Of a stretch of DNA of 40,859 nucleotides, positions 7,783-16,743 are shown piece by piece. Origin of the DNA: an uncultured bacterium (lineage in GTDB: Bacteria; Lernaellota; Lernaellaia; Lernaellales; Lernaellaceae); the NCBI GenBank assembly GCA_964534375.1, contig CAZHPN010000035.1, forward strand, positions 1-40,859. Reading direction: 5' to 3'. The notes under the pieces were generated by a model that was not told the DNA's origin, did not search any database, and saw only the letters and a list, made by a program, of their open reading frames with translations. Position 1 is the stretch's first letter; every line of letters starts with the position of its first letter. The position numbers and the translations under genes were made by a program.

Positions 7783-8755
7783 CGGCTCCCACCCTTCGTT
7801 CGTCGCGCGTGATCCCGATGAAAAAGCGCATTTTCGGATCGCCGACGCCGGACAACAGGCCCACGCCGCCGCCGACGGTCAGCGCCGTAAAATTGAGGTT
7901 TCGCCAATACTTGCGGTAGGCGAGAACGACTTCGGAGTAATCCAGATCCGGCGTGCCGAACGGCTTCTGCACTTGCGTCCGCGTCGCCGTATCCACGAGT
8001 ATTTGATGCGTGCCGGCGAAGCGGAACGCCATGCCCGCATTCAACGTCAACTCGTCGCCCAGCCGCAGGCCGAACTGCGGCGACTGTTCGCGGGCCGTGT
8101 AATATTTGTAGCCGACGTTGGCGGCGAGCGTCCACCAATCGCGGCCGAGGTCGAAAATGAACACCGGTTCGAGCGCCAGCCCGCGGTCGGTCGAGAAATT
8201 GTTTTCCCGGTAGGCGGGCGGCACGTCGAGGCGCGTCACAAACCCGATGCCGAGGCAATCCTGCCGCCGATTCAGGATCGTCCACTTGGCCTCGACGCGC
8301 AGGTCTTCCCAGGTGGCGACCGGTATCCCGGGGTATTTGGCCGTGTTCTCCAGTTCGCGGTACGCCACGAACGGCACGGCGACGCCGAGATCGACGAAAT
8401 TCAGCAACCCCACGGAAAACAGCGCCTGCACGCCGAATTGCTGCGCGATCAGCGGATGCAGGTTTTTGTTCTGATTCAGCACGTTCACCGGCTGGAACGC
8501 GTCATCGACGTAACCGCCGTAATACATGTGGGCCATCTCGAGCGGTTCCGAACCGTAGGTCCACAACACGCCGCTGCCGTCGGTGGTCGGCCAAAAATAA
8601 TGGATGTTCTTTTGCAGGATGTCTTCCGCGCGCGCCGGACTCGACGCCGCGAAACATAAGACCGCAAGCAGCAGCATTCTCCGTAAAAGCAATTTCACCT
8701 TCGTCATCCCAGGGATCAACCCCGCGGCTTCGCGGGCCTTTTCCCGAGTTGCCAT
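7766..8755 (-). CDS. outer-membrane beta-barrel protein resembling the N-terminal barrel of myxobacterial OmpA/TraB-type proteins
   Basis: Signal peptide (..SSPARA), alternating amphipathic strands, motifs VDLGVAVP, EDLRVEAK, LAANVGY and GVGDPKMRFFIGI; alternative start ATG 8707. Confidence 0.65.
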   Translation of the reverse strand: MATREKAREAAGLIPGMTKVKLLLRRMLLLAVLCFAASSPARAEDILQKNIHYFWPTTDGSGVLWTYGSEPLEMAHMYYGGYVDDAFQPVNVLNQNKNLHPLIAQQFGVQALFSVGLLNFVDLGVAVPFVAYRELENTAKYPGIPVATWEDLRVEAKWTILNRRQDCLGIGFVTRLDVPPAYRENNFSTDRGLALEPVFIFDLGRDWWTLAANVGYKYYTAREQSPQFGLRLGDELTLNAGMAFRFAGTHQILVDTATRTQVQKPFGTPDLDYSEVVLAYRKYWRNLNFTALTVGGGVGLLSGVGDPKMRFFIGITRDERRVGAGDLAF

Positions 8756-8761
8756 TTCCCG

Positions 8762-10291
8762 CTACCGAAACGCCTCAGCGCACCCGGCGCCGGTCAACTG
8801 CTCGCTCAGATGGTGACGATGCCGGGCCGTATCGTCGTCCGTAGTCGTATCGTCGTCGACCCCCGGCCAGCAACGGCCGTTTTCGCAATGGTTATCGGGG
8901 CCGCAGTCGACGCACGCTTGGGCGCCGCTGCCGCACGCGTCGTTGGCGTCGCCGGAGACGCACGTGTTGCCGCCGACGCAGCACCCGCTGGCGCAATCGG
9001 CGAGGTTGCAATAGTTGACGCAGGCGCCGTCCACGCAACGTTGCGTCGCCGTGCAGGCGACGCAGACGTTGCCGTCGATGCCGCACGCATTGTCCTCGTT
9101 GCCCGGCAGGCAAACGGTCCCGCTGCAACAACCGTGGCCGCAGTCGGTCGCATCGCAGGCCGTGACGCACGCGCCGTTTTCGCAATGGTTGCCCGGGCCG
9201 CAATTGACGCACGCCGCGCCGTTGCGGCCGCACTCGTTGTCGGCGTCGCCGCCGAGGCATTGCGTCCCGTTGCAGCAGCCGGACGCGCAGTCGGTCGCGT
9301 CGCACACCGGCACGCAGGCGCCGTATTCGCAGCGCGTCCCCGCGCTGCACGCGGTGCAGACGTCGCCGCTGGTGCCGCATTGGCCGTCGGTGTTGCCCGG
9401 CTCGCACTGCGAGCCGTTGCAGCAGCCGGCGCCGCAATTGACGGCGTCGCAGTAGGCGACGCAGGCCTGATTCTGGCAATGACTGCCGGCGCCGCAGTTG
9501 GCGCAGGCCTCGCCCTGGTGGCCGCAGGCGACGTCGGCCGTGCCGGGAACGCATTGCAGACCCTGGCAACAGCCGCCGGTGCACTCGGCGGAATCGCAGT
9601 ACGGCGCGCACGCGCCGTTTTCGCACCGGGTTCCCGTGACGCAGCCGATGCAGGCCTGGCCGGCGGTTCCGCAATCGGTGTCGCTGTTTCCCGGCAGGCA
9701 TTGGTTCGCGTCGCAACACCCGGTGGTGCAGTTGCCGAGGTCGCACACGGCGAGGCATTGCTGATTTTCGCAACTCTTGCCCGCGCCGCAGTTGGTGCAG
9801 GCAGCGCCGCCGGAGCCGCACTCGCTGTCGCTCGTGCCCGGCTGGCATTGAGCGCCGAGGCAGCAACCCGAAGGGCAATCGGTCTGGTCGCAATACGAGG
9901 TGCATTGGCCGTAGATGCAATTCTCGCCGGCGGTGCAACTGACGCAGGCCGCGCCGTCCGTGCCGCACTCGCTGTCGCTGTTTCCCGGCAGGCACAACGT
10001 GCCGACGCAACAACCGCTGGCGCAGTCGCTCGCGTCGCAATGCGCGGCGCGCTGACCGTTTGCGCCGCGCGGTCCGGCGCCGTCGGCAAAGCACGCCGCG
10101 TCGGCGCCGTCCGTCATCATTAATGAGGGAACGTCAACTAGCAGCCGGCTCGCGTGGCCCGCGGTCGCGTCGACTGTCGCCGTCGCCAGAGCCCGTGGCG
10201 AGGGTCCGGCGACGAGCAGGAACAGAAAAACAAAACCCAACGGCGCCAACAGAAATATCGGCTTGCCGGAGTTCAAATACATTTTCCGCAC
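8762..10291 (-). CDS. exported Cys-rich tandem-repeat protein (8 repeats of about 49 aa, 10 Cys each)
   Basis: Signal peptide; repeat C-x4-C-x3-CC-x4-C-x8-C-x6-C-x2-C-x5-C-x4-C; Asp/Thr tail ending GAGCAEAFR. Confidence 0.9.
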   Translation of the reverse strand: MRKMYLNSGKPIFLLAPLGFVFLFLLVAGPSPRALATATVDATAGHASRLLVDVPSLMMTDGADAACFADGAGPRGANGQRAAHCDASDCASGCCVGTLCLPGNSDSECGTDGAACVSCTAGENCIYGQCTSYCDQTDCPSGCCLGAQCQPGTSDSECGSGGAACTNCGAGKSCENQQCLAVCDLGNCTTGCCDANQCLPGNSDTDCGTAGQACIGCVTGTRCENGACAPYCDSAECTGGCCQGLQCVPGTADVACGHQGEACANCGAGSHCQNQACVAYCDAVNCGAGCCNGSQCEPGNTDGQCGTSGDVCTACSAGTRCEYGACVPVCDATDCASGCCNGTQCLGGDADNECGRNGAACVNCGPGNHCENGACVTACDATDCGHGCCSGTVCLPGNEDNACGIDGNVCVACTATQRCVDGACVNYCNLADCASGCCVGGNTCVSGDANDACGSGAQACVDCGPDNHCENGRCWPGVDDDTTTDDDTARHRHHLSEQLTGAGCAEAFR

Positions 10292-10337
10292 GGCGCTCTC
10301 CCCGCCGATCAGGACGATAGGCTGCGACCGGTGGCCG

Positions 10338-12257
10338 CTAACACGGACAATACGACGCCGACTGGCACCAATACCACGAAGGCGTGGTCGCGTCGCAACT
10401 GCATTCGCTATACGTTTCCGGGCCGTAGCAATTGCAAATGATGCCTAAATAATCGCATTCGCAGAGGCCCTGGCAAGGCTGGCTGCTGCAAAGCGTGCCG
10501 GAGTACCAGCACTCGAGCGAACCGCCGCTGTGGCAATTTCCCTGTTCGACGCCGTCGGTGCACGTGCCGCTGGTGTTGCAGCACGCGCCGATGGCGACGC
10601 ACGTCTTATTGTCGCAGGTCCCGAACTGGCCGCAATTCGTGCAGGCCACGCCGCCGTTGCCGCAATAGGCGTCCTGCGTGCCGGGCTGGCAGGAGGTGCC
10701 GTTGCAACAACCGTTGGGACAGTCGGCTTCGTTGCAGTAAGGAACGCAGTCGCCGTTCACGCATTCCGTGCCGGCGCCGCACGCGACGCAGGCCGCGCCG
10801 CTCGCGCCGCAGGCGTTGTCCGAGGTTCCGGAGACGCATTCGGACCCGCTGCAGCAACCGGTCGGGCAATCGCCGTAATCGCAATACGCCGTGCACGCGT
10901 TGTTTTGGCAGTCGTAATCGGTCGGGCATTCCACGCACGCGACGCCGCCCTTGCCGCACTGGTCGTCCGCCGAGCCCGACTCGCAGGTCGTGCCGTTGCA
11001 ACAGCCGTTCGGACACAGGCCGGGGTCGCACGCGGGCACGCAGATGTTGCTCTCACAGTGACCGGTGGGCAAACAATCCTGGCAGGTCGCGCCCGCCGTG
11101 CCGCAGTCGGTGTCCGAGGTCGCGGTGATGCAAGTCGTCCCACTGCAGCAGCCGTTCGGACACAAACTGGCGTTGCACGCGGGCACGCAGGCCTGGTTCT
11201 CGCATTGGGTTCCCGCGCCGCAACTGGTGCAGGGGGCGCCGCCCGTGCCGCACTGGGTGTTGGTCGTGCCCGATTCGCAGGTCGTGCCGTCGCAGCAGCC
11301 GCCGGAGCACAAGCCCGAATCGCAGGCCGCCACACATTGCTGTTTTTCGCAATGTTGGTCGGAGGCGCACGTTACGCAGGGGACGCCGCCCGACCCGCAC
11401 TCGCCGTCCGTCGTGCCCGCCTCGCAGGTCGTTCCGTCGCAACAGCCGCTCTCGCACAACGTCGAGTCGCAGGCCGCCACGCATTGCTGATTCTCGCAAT
11501 GTTGCGTCGGCGAGCAGGCCAGGCAGGCCGCGCCGCCCGTGCCGCACTGCGCGTCGGTCGTGCCCGTTTCGCAGGCCGTGCCGTCGCAGCAGCCGGTCGC
11601 GCACAAGCTCGAATCGCACGCGGCGACGCACTGCTGGTTCTCGCAATGATGGCCGGCGCCGCAATTCGCGCAGGGCGCGCCGCCGGTGCCGCATTGGCTG
11701 TCCGTGGTGCCGCCGACGCAGTTCGTGCCGTCGCAGCAGCCGGTCGCGCACAAGCTCGTGTCGCACGCGGCGACGCACTGCTGGTTTTCGCATTGATGCC
11801 CGGCGCCGCAGGCGGCGCACGTCGCGCCGTTCGAGCCGCATTCGGCGTCGGTGTTGCCGGTTTCGCAGGTGGTGCCGTTGCAGCAGCCGTTGGGGCACAA
11901 GGTCGCGTCGCACGCCGGCTCGCATTGCTGGTTCTCGCAATGTTCTGTGCCGGCCGCGCACGTCACGCAGGCCGCGCCGTTCGCGCCGCAGTTGGCATCG
12001 ACGTTTCCGGGCAGGCAGTTCGAGCCGTAGCAGCAGCCCGTGCAGTCGTTCGGATCGCAGACGGCGTCGTCGTCCGCCGGCGACGAATCGTCGTCGAGGG
12101 AGGTGTCGTCGTCGGGCGAGAGATCGTCGTCGGTCGCGTCATCGTCGTTGCGATGGACGGCGCTGGTGCTGGAGCCGCCGCTGGTGCCGCAAGACAATGC
12201 CATCATTAAGAGAACCAGGAATAACGATGTTATTGCGACCGGCTCGAAGCGTTTCAT
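10338..12257 (-). CDS. Cys-rich tandem-repeat lipoprotein (10 repeats of 49 aa plus a unique Cys-rich tip)
   Basis: ATG 12257 with GGAGG RBS, lipobox MALSC, Asp-rich linker, same 10-Cys repeat; 639 aa. Confidence 0.9.
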   Translation of the reverse strand: MKRFEPVAITSLFLVLLMMALSCGTSGGSSTSAVHRNDDDATDDDLSPDDDTSLDDDSSPADDDAVCDPNDCTGCCYGSNCLPGNVDANCGANGAACVTCAAGTEHCENQQCEPACDATLCPNGCCNGTTCETGNTDAECGSNGATCAACGAGHQCENQQCVAACDTSLCATGCCDGTNCVGGTTDSQCGTGGAPCANCGAGHHCENQQCVAACDSSLCATGCCDGTACETGTTDAQCGTGGAACLACSPTQHCENQQCVAACDSTLCESGCCDGTTCEAGTTDGECGSGGVPCVTCASDQHCEKQQCVAACDSGLCSGGCCDGTTCESGTTNTQCGTGGAPCTSCGAGTQCENQACVPACNASLCPNGCCSGTTCITATSDTDCGTAGATCQDCLPTGHCESNICVPACDPGLCPNGCCNGTTCESGSADDQCGKGGVACVECPTDYDCQNNACTAYCDYGDCPTGCCSGSECVSGTSDNACGASGAACVACGAGTECVNGDCVPYCNEADCPNGCCNGTSCQPGTQDAYCGNGGVACTNCGQFGTCDNKTCVAIGACCNTSGTCTDGVEQGNCHSGGSLECWYSGTLCSSQPCQGLCECDYLGIICNCYGPETYSECSCDATTPSWYWCQSASYCPC

Positions 12258-12430
12258 CGCGTCCTCCCCCAAGGTGTTTCGATCGGCCCGAGAACAAGCC
12301 AGAACAACTTCGGCGGCCGGGCGTCGGCGCCGGTTGGGCAACCCTGCAACTCTCGTCTTTATTGCCCGATTCGATCATGCCGAAACGGCGCTCGTGTTGT
12401 CAAGCGTGAAAACCGTTAACGATCTCGAAC

Positions 12431-12913
12431 TCATACTGCCAGATCCGCGACCGTGGCGTCCAGAATCCGCACGAGGTCCGCCGGCCGGAGCGTAACGGCG
12501 AAGCCGCGGCTGCCGCCGTTGATGTGCATGAATTCCAGATTCATCGCCCGGGCGTCGAGAAAAACGGGAATCGGCCGGCGCAGCCCGAACGGACTGATGC
12601 CGCCAACGTGGTAGCCGGTAAGACGTTCGGCGTCGGCCGGCGAGCACTCGACGACGCGCCGGTGCGCGCCGACGGCGTCGGTGAGTTTCGAAAGCGACAC
12701 GCGGTGGGCGGCGTCCACGATCGCAATGACCGGCGCCCCTTCGGACGCGAAAACCAGCGTCTTGAAGACAGCGTCCTCAGCAAAGCCGGTTTCCTTCGCG
12801 GCGGATTTCGCGATGCCGCCCGGACCGCGATATTGATAAAGATGTCCTTCGAAGGGCACGCCGAGCGCCTTCAGGAAAACAACCGCCCGCGTGTTCGGAA
12901 ATTTCTCTTTCAT
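12431..12913 (-). CDS. ybaK: YbaK/EbsC-family aminoacyl-tRNA deacylase
   Basis: VFKTLV (conserved Lys), TGYHVGGISPFG, INGGSRG; 160 aa. Confidence 0.9.
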   Translation of the reverse strand: MKEKFPNTRAVVFLKALGVPFEGHLYQYRGPGGIAKSAAKETGFAEDAVFKTLVFASEGAPVIAIVDAAHRVSLSKLTDAVGAHRRVVECSPADAERLTGYHVGGISPFGLRRPIPVFLDARAMNLEFMHINGGSRGFAVTLRPADLVRILDATVADLAV

Positions 12914-12986
12914 GTCCGGCGTTTCACCACCGCCTCCGGCAACAAAGTATCGCGCCGACCGCCGCACTTCGTCAACGGCCCCATGC

Positions 12987-13025
12987 CCGGCAAAAGGCGC
13001 CGGCAAAAGGCGCCAGCCACTTCGG
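12987..13025 (-). repeat. REP-like repeat cluster downstream of the RAYT gene
   Basis: Minus strand reads ccgaagtggctggcgccttttgccggcgccttttgccgg, inverted relative to the copies at 14484-14580. Confidence 0.8.
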
Positions 13026-13216
13026 GATCCCTTTGGAGTTTGTGGTTGCGTGGCGACTCGATAGTCGCGCTCTTCGTGCGCGCTGGGCAATATCCGGGGC
13101 GAGAAAAAGTGAATTTGCCGTTTGTGAAAGGAGAATTTGGCGGCGTATCCGACGACAAACAGTGCTTCGCCGTGTGAATTCGCTTTCCTTGGGTTTTCGT
13201 GGCGCGAATGGGGCGT

Positions 13217-14149
13217 TTAGTTCGGCGCGGGCAGCAATGGGACGAACGGCGGCACGTACGAGCCCGCGGGAAACTGGTAAACGGCCGCCGGCGGCTGTCG
13301 CCAAAAGAGGTCGCGGGCAGCACGATAGGCGGCGACGAACATCTTGTACGCGCCGCGGTGGTCCAGGCGGGCTTCTTTTGTCGCAGCGTGACACAGTGGC
13401 TGCGGGCGCTTCTCCAAATCGGCCGGACGGGAATGCGGGTCTTGCCGCAGCACCCACGCCGCCCCCATGACCTTGCGCTTTTCTCTCGCGAGTCGGTCGG
13501 CCGTTTCGGTTTCGACGGCGGTGACCATCTCCCGCCATTTCGTCGCTCGTTGCGCCGGCGTCAGGTCGGCGAAGCACGGCAGCGGCGTCAGCGGGACCTC
13601 GTAACGGGTGGAGAAATCGGATTCTTCTCGCGACTTGTCAGCGCGGGACGTTTCCGACATCTTCGTGCGATCAATCCACGTTCCGACCAACGCTTCGCCC
13701 TCGACGAGCGCCGTTACGCAGTTGACGCCGGGCCAATCGCCCGGCCGCTCGACGAGGCCCTCTTTGCAACCCTGGCTCAGCAAATAGTGAACGCGACCGA
13801 GGAGCGATTCGGCGTCGATGATCGGGATCGCGGCGTATCTCCGAGCCCAGAATTTGTCGTGCCAGTCGTAGAGCCGGCCGGCCTCTCGCGCGAGGTTGCC
13901 GTCGACGTAGTTCATGAATTTCGCCAAGGATTCCACGTCACGCGGCGCCAGAATCATGTGCAAATGGTTCGACATGATGACGATCAGGTGGACATGAACG
14001 TCGTAGAGCGACCTCGCCCGGCCGATGACTCCGAGAGCCAGGTCGTTGAGTTGTGGACCAGGTCGAAGCAGCAGGAAACCTTGCATCGTTCGGCACACGA
14101 CCTCGACCAAGGTGTAGGGTTTCGGCAGGTATCGGAGTCGTCGCGCCAT
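13217..14149 (-). mobile_element. REP-associated tyrosine (HUH/Y1) transposase, RAYT-like
   Basis: MARRLR start, VIMSNHLHMIL (HUH), FWARRY, Y..KEGLVERPGDWPG; flanked by inverted repeat clusters; 310 aa. Confidence 0.88.
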
Positions 14150-14227
14150 GCCCGTTCTTAAGGGCAAGATTTATGCCAAAAACCGCATCTAGTAATATCA
14201 AGCACTTACATTTTTGCCAAATACGTC

Positions 14228-14278
14228 CGTGTTCGATTTTCGAACACGCGTGTTCGATTTTCGAACACCATCGAACAC
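14228..14278. repeat. two tandem palindromes plus a half-site upstream of RAYT
   Basis: gtgttcga-ttt-tcgaacac twice at 21-nt period, plus tcgaacac at 14271-14278. Confidence 0.85.
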
Positions 14279-14459
14279 TTGTCGAGGTCAGCATTGACCG
14301 GAAAAACTCCACTTTGCAGCTTTTTGGTTTTTTCTGGCGGCCACGACCGCGTTGCCCGGTTCTCGGGGCTGGGCTCGAATCGGAGGTCACCGACGTCTGT
14401 GGAAAACCGTTCGCGGCGACCTGATATCGAGGCGGTTGGCGTGCCGCCGGGGCTCCGTC

Positions 14460-14612
14460 CGAGGTGGCTGGCACTGGGCTGTTCCGAAGTGGCTGGCGCC
14501 TTTTGCCCCGGTCTGTTTCCGAAGCGTTTCCGAAGTGGCTGGCGCCTTTTGCCGGGCGCCTTTTGCCGCGCCTTTTGCCGACGGCTCCTTTTTGGGGGCG
14601 GCCCCTTTTGCG
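14460..14612 (+). repeat. REP-like repeat cluster upstream of the RAYT gene
   Basis: ccgaagtggctggcgccttttgcc at 14484 and 14530, followed by repeated gccttttgcc cores and degenerate copies. Confidence 0.8.
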
Positions 14613-14715
14613 CAACCGTTTAATGGTAAAGTCGTTCCCCGGGGGCGCTTTGGCGAACGCATTGACGATTTCGCGAATTATTGGTCAACTGCGGGTATTC
14701 ACAGGAGGAGCGCTC

Positions 14716-15768
14716 ATGGGCTTTCGTTTTTGGCGGCGCGTGCGAATTGCGCCGGGAATTTCGCTCAACCTCAGCAAGTCGGGCGCGTCGCTGTCGCTCG
14801 GCGGTCGCGGCGCGCACGTCACCGTCGGTCGGCGTGGCACGACAACCACCGTCGGCGTTCCCGGAACCGGTCTGTATTACACGGAACACTCGGCCGCCGC
14901 CGGACACCACGCGCCGGCGCCGCCGCCTCGGCCGGCCGCGCCGTCGCCGGCCGTCCGACCGGAAGACCGGCTGCACATGGGCTTCTTCGAGAAACTGTTC
15001 GCCTCGGACGAGGACAAGAAGTTGGTCGACGGCCTGCGCGAGGCCGCGGCGGGCCGCGAAGACGAAGCCCTGCCGCTGTTGGAACAAGCGCACGGCGTCG
15101 CTGACGCACAGTTCATGATGGGCGTCATCCGCCTGAAGAAAAACGAATACGAAGCGGCCGCGGAATCGCTCGAAAAAGCCGTCGCAGACTTGCCGCATTT
15201 GAATCATTATCTCCATAAATACGGCATTTCGGCCATCGTGAGTCTCCCGATCGCCGCCGGCTACGTCGCCCACGTCGGGGCGGACGAATGCGGCGTGCGC
15301 CTGATGCTCGCGGAGATTTATCATCAGCTCGGCGCGCACGATTCGGCGTTGGCCTGCGTCGATCGCCTCGTCGCGTTGCAGCCGAACGATCTGGTGGTGC
15401 GGCTGGCGCGCGTCGAGATGTTGCTCGATGGGCCGGCGCCCGATCCGGCCGCGTGCCGTGCGGCGGTCGACGCCGCGCAGGACGTCACGAACGAATCGAC
15501 CGTGCACGCGGCGCTGCTCCTGTACAAGGCCAAGGCGCTGCGGTTGCTCGGTCTTTTCGATGCGGCGATCCAGCTTCTCGGCCAAACCCTCCGGAAGACG
15601 AAAGACCGGCCGCCGGATCTGCTGCAAGCCCTGTTGTACGAACGCGCCCTCGCGCGCGAGGCCAAGGGCGGCGCCGGCGCCGCGCGGGCCGATTGGGAGA
15701 AACTATTCGCGCAAAATCCGCACTATGCGGACGTCGCCAATCGCCTCGGGCTCGCGCCGGTGGCGTAA
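14716..15768 (+). CDS. DUF4236 domain / tetratricopeptide repeat protein
   Basis: MGFRFWRRVRIAPGISLNLSKSGASLSLG..G.PGTGLYY is DUF4236-like; TPR-like C-terminus; AGGAGG RBS; 350 aa. Confidence 0.85.
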   Translation: MGFRFWRRVRIAPGISLNLSKSGASLSLGGRGAHVTVGRRGTTTTVGVPGTGLYYTEHSAAAGHHAPAPPPRPAAPSPAVRPEDRLHMGFFEKLFASDEDKKLVDGLREAAAGREDEALPLLEQAHGVADAQFMMGVIRLKKNEYEAAAESLEKAVADLPHLNHYLHKYGISAIVSLPIAAGYVAHVGADECGVRLMLAEIYHQLGAHDSALACVDRLVALQPNDLVVRLARVEMLLDGPAPDPAACRAAVDAAQDVTNESTVHAALLLYKAKALRLLGLFDAAIQLLGQTLRKTKDRPPDLLQALLYERALAREAKGGAGAARADWEKLFAQNPHYADVANRLGLAPVA

Positions 15769-15870
15769 CAGCGCATTTTGGCCGAGTTGAAATGCACGGT
15801 CCGGGCGCTTAAGCTGCGGTGCGCGTCAGCGGCGGCGCGCCGAATTTGTGAATTGTTGAGGAGGATCTTG

Positions 15871-16707
15871 ATGTTGCGCAGAAAACTCCCGTGGTTGGCG
15901 GCCTTGTTGTTCCTGGCGATCGCGGCGCATTGGGCGCTGGCCGGTGGAATCGAACTGGTCGTCGTCCGGCCCGGCGGCCCGAGCCCGTCGGACGAAGCGC
16001 AGGCCAACGTCGGCCAACTCATGAAGCAGATCGCGTCGCTGGCCGGCTGGCCCGCCGAGTCGGCCAGTTCCGCTTATTTCAATCGGGAAGATGAGGGCGT
16101 TCGTTGCATCCAGAGCCATAAGGCGGCGTTTGCGCTCGTCACTCCGGGCTTGTATCTGAAATATCGCACGCGCCTCGGCCTCGCGCCCGTGGTCAAGATG
16201 ACGATGAAGGGCGTCGCGACGACCCGGTTTTACGTCGTCGCCAAGAAAAGCGGCCCGGCTTCGCTCGCCGACCTGAAGGGCAAGACGATCGCCGGCGCGA
16301 CCTTGAACGAGCCGGAGTTCGTGCAGCGCATTGTCTTTGAAAATGCGCTCGTGCTGGGCAAAGACGTGACGGTCAAAGCGATGGGCGGTTTGCCGGCCCT
16401 GAAGGCGCTGCGCAACGGCGACCTGGCCGCGGTGGTGCTCGACGACAAGGAGCACGACGCGCTCGGCGGTTTGCCGTTCGCGGCGGCGTTCGAGACGATC
16501 TTCACGTCCAACCCCGTGCCGATCACCGGCATCATGGCCGTCGGCAAAAATGCGACGCCGGATCAGATCCAGGCGCTGGCCAAGGCCTGCGACAGCTTCT
16601 GCGCCTCGCCGGCCGGCAAGAACGTTTGCGACACCTTCGAAATCACGGGCTTTGCGCCGGCGACCGCGGCCGATTACGCGGACATGGTCGCGCGGTACGG
16701 GAAGTAG
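15871..16707 (+). CDS. PhnD/SsuA-type periplasmic substrate-binding protein
   Basis: Signal peptide, SLADLKGKTIA and ALRNGDLAAVV motifs; GAGGAGG RBS; 278 aa. Confidence 0.75.
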   Translation: MLRRKLPWLAALLFLAIAAHWALAGGIELVVVRPGGPSPSDEAQANVGQLMKQIASLAGWPAESASSAYFNREDEGVRCIQSHKAAFALVTPGLYLKYRTRLGLAPVVKMTMKGVATTRFYVVAKKSGPASLADLKGKTIAGATLNEPEFVQRIVFENALVLGKDVTVKAMGGLPALKALRNGDLAAVVLDDKEHDALGGLPFAAAFETIFTSNPVPITGIMAVGKNATPDQIQALAKACDSFCASPAGKNVCDTFEITGFAPATAADYADMVARYGK

Positions 16708-16743
16708 GCGCGGGCGCCCGGCCCGGGCAGGGGAATCCGTCCG

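Noticed and set aside
8806..12209. Long alternative-frame and antisense ORFs over the repeat genes
   Set aside because: Shadow ORFs of GC-rich repetitive coding DNA; Arg/Ala-rich with no motifs
8762..12257. Cys-rich proteins as multiheme cytochromes or ferredoxins
   Set aside because: The CxxC pairs are not followed by His and the spacing does not match Fe-S motifs; export signals favour disulfides
14228..14278. LexA SOS box
   Set aside because: Spacings (GAAC-N6-GTTC, GAAC-N6-GAAC) fit neither GAAC-N4-GTTC nor GTTC-N7-GTTC
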